Source of the DNA: a virus
Taxonomy: Duplodnaviria; Caudoviricetes
Length of the DNA stretch: 64,000 nt
Reading direction: 5' to 3' (one strand)
IMG/VR virus record: IMGVR_UViG_3300021400_000103
Shown: piece by piece, positions 61,688 to 64,000 of the stretch
Position numbering within the stretch: the first letter of the stretch is position 1
Layout of the letters: the number at the start of each line of letters is the position of its first letter
The notes under the pieces: generated by a model
The model's database searches: none
What the model saw: only the letters and a program-made list of their open reading frames with translations
Told to the model about the DNA's origin: nothing
Program-made: the position numbers and the translations under genes

Positions 61688-62952
61688 AATAGGATTCTCC
61701 TTTCTCCTTTGGATTAAAAAAGGACTATGCCGTTTGGCTTAGTCCTTGTTACTAGATCATATTTCTTATATCTGTCATTACTCGTGACAACTCATGTTCC
61801 GTTTTTGTCTGTTCTGCTCGTTTTAAGTATTGTCTAATTTCATTTTGTGGTCTTAGTACCATCAGTTCCGGTATCGCCTGATAGCAAAACTGTTTGTACG
61901 ATTCAAGTTCACTACTTGCCCCAAGTCCATTGATCAAGTTTTTAGCTGCCATACGTCACCTCCTCACATATGCTTTAAATACGCCTGAATGTTTCACACT
62001 GAAAACCATCGAATGTTCCATCGTCATTCCAACCTGCGCCGGTAGAAATGCTTTCTATTAAACCCAGGTCGGTTGCCTTCTTTGTCAACTCGTACGCTGT
62101 GTTTCTCACCGCTTTTGTCATCTTGTTATACGGAAGCGTAAACTCAAATCCCTTTGGATAAGATTCAATTCTCTTTAACAGATCTTCCATTGTCATAGCT
62201 TCTACCTCCTTACGGTTCTGAATCATCTGCATTAAGCCAATTCATATATAACACCGTTGCATCATAATCGTCTTCTGTTAGATACGAATAACTTGCCAGG
62301 AACTCTTCCTTCGTTAAGACCTTGAAATCTGCCATCTTAGCAATGTCATTAATAAACATATGATCAATAATCATTCTTTCGTCAATATCAAACGATGTTC
62401 CACATTCTGTGTCATACGTATAAAAGCCTTCAAGGTTATTCTCGTCATGAAATAACCGATGCAATTCCATTTCCCTACCGCAGTTCATACACCTGATCTT
62501 CATAAGCGCCTCCTTAATAATTGAACACAATTTCATATCCAAATTCCATACAATTCAGGTTAAGATCATCTAACTTTGTTTCTCCCGCAGCCCTCTTTTC
62601 GCTTATGTCCAACGTGTCGTCATTAAGTATCGGAATAATTGCGGCCTCAATCTCCGCCACTTCATATGGCGTTGGCTCGTCATTGGCTTCACCAAAGATA
62701 ATATACACATCGTAAGACCTAGGAGCGAAAATATTCAGATAGTAACCAAAAGTAGAATTGGATTTTTTCCATGTGTTATTTTCTTTTCTTCTTGTAATCT
62801 CATCGTCGCATGCTTTAATCAGCTCGTCCAACCATTTCGCCTTACGAGATCCGAAGTCTGCAGTTTTTCTGTCATCTACGAGTTCATAATAAGTTGCTTC
62901 GAGATCGCTATCTACCATTTTACCAAAATCCATATGCGCTACCTCCTTATAT

Positions 62953-63885
62953 TTATGCTGCCAACAGCGTTGCCACTGTTCTATCAAGGATATCGTTTCC
63001 ATCAAGAGTTCTCTTGAAGTGATTTTCCTTGTAATTCTTTGTTTCCCTCAACGGAGCCATATGACTTGTAGTATCAGCAACTGCATGAACAAGTCTTGCC
63101 CCTGTCTTATCCATTACCGACAAGTCCGGTGCTTTTCTGTATCTATACAGAATATCGTCACGGATTGTTTGCTGATTTGTCTTCTGCCGATCCGTCATAT
63201 CATCTGTAATCGGGATGATGTTGTTCACAATCTTATACAACTTGAAGTCACTAATCTTTACCTTATGCAACTGTTCAAATGTATTCTTAGTTTCCTCAAT
63301 ATACTGATGTGCAAACTGAAGAGTCGTCCTCGCTTCATCTAACTTATCTGTAATACTGCCGGTATGACGAGCAGACCAAACTCTCTTTGCCTGACTCAAC
63401 GCCATATTAAGCGTGTTGTTACATACAACTCTTACATTTGTCATCGTTACCTTAACTGCTCCTGTTCCATCGTGTGTATTTGTGAACACCAGGTATGGAG
63501 CAACCTCATCACCGAGGATATCAATTGTTTCCGGCATCCTTGCTAACAACCAAATAACCTTTCCGTCTTTCAACGAACCGGCGGTTTCATACTTTACTCC
63601 TTCACCAAGCAAAGCATCTGTAAAAGCGAAAGCATCAGCGTTCTGAACGATCTTATATCGACTACCAACCACTCCAAGTGGCTTTCCATCAGAGCTTCGC
63701 ACGTTTGCCCAACTTCCTTCAATTTGTGTACCATCCTCAAGGAAAATCGGCTTCTGTTCGACCGTCCAATCAATTCTTGCCAACCGAATTGCATCCTCAC
63801 TTGTCGGTGCTTCCTTAACAATCTCTCCCATTCCGTGCCATGGGACTTCCCTTACGCTAAACATAGTATCAATTAATGCGCTCAT
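62953..63885 (-). CDS. DUF932 phage/plasmid-like protein
   Basis: MFSVREVPWHG; YETAGSL; NTHDG; RVVCNNTL. Confidence 0.9.
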   Translation of the reverse strand: MSALIDTMFSVREVPWHGMGEIVKEAPTSEDAIRLARIDWTVEQKPIFLEDGTQIEGSWANVRSSDGKPLGVVGSRYKIVQNADAFAFTDALLGEGVKYETAGSLKDGKVIWLLARMPETIDILGDEVAPYLVFTNTHDGTGAVKVTMTNVRVVCNNTLNMALSQAKRVWSARHTGSITDKLDEARTTLQFAHQYIEETKNTFEQLHKVKISDFKLYKIVNNIIPITDDMTDRQKTNQQTIRDDILYRYRKAPDLSVMDKTGARLVHAVADTTSHMAPLRETKNYKENHFKRTLDGNDILDRTVATLLAA

Positions 63886-64000
63886 TTAGTTTTCCTCCTT
63901 TGTTATGTATTAATAGATTTCTTTGTTACCTTCTTCGTCTATAATCAAATCCAATTCCCAACCGTTCTCCGCATAGAACTCACTTCCATCCATCTCATCT

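Noticed and set aside
4781-63885. Many plus-strand ORFs in the ORF track; also stop-codon recoding
   Set aside because: They are antisense shadows of well-supported minus-strand genes; core genes are intact in the standard code and no suppressor tRNA was seen

Overview
This window is part of a large temperate Firmicutes phage. The host is probably Clostridia/Lachnospiraceae, which is an inference from gene content and the tRNA-Trp-like att core. It is in the non-integrated configuration, because attP is intact. Plus strand (1-4.6 kb): end of the late module with a repeat-containing fibre-like protein, an amidase endolysin split by a 315-nt group I intron, attP carrying the 5' half of tRNA-Trp, and the integrase. 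Minus strand (4.6-33 kb): excisionase, glycan genes, dut, nrdD, HPr-like pair, dnaE, HNH, a circularly permuted C5 methyltransferase, dnaG, dnaB, a tRNA cluster with two atypical tRNAs, ssb, a Sak4-like ATPase, thyX and an SPbeta SroE/SroF(MrpR)-like pair. Minus strand (33-64 kb): a dense accessory region of small genes. The strongest candidate for an undescribed system is in that accessory region. About 20 gene boundaries carry an 18-bp quasi-palindromic site, ATAAAA-N6-TTT(T/G)AT on the coding strand. The site often supplies the upstream stop codon and abuts the next Shine-Dalgarno. A duplicated cassette, a 21-bp direct repeat and a gene truncated exactly at a site suggest these are recombination junctions of an integron-like cassette array. 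A catalytically intact second tyrosine recombinase lies just upstream. All protein calls come from motif recognition by eye; no database searches were run.
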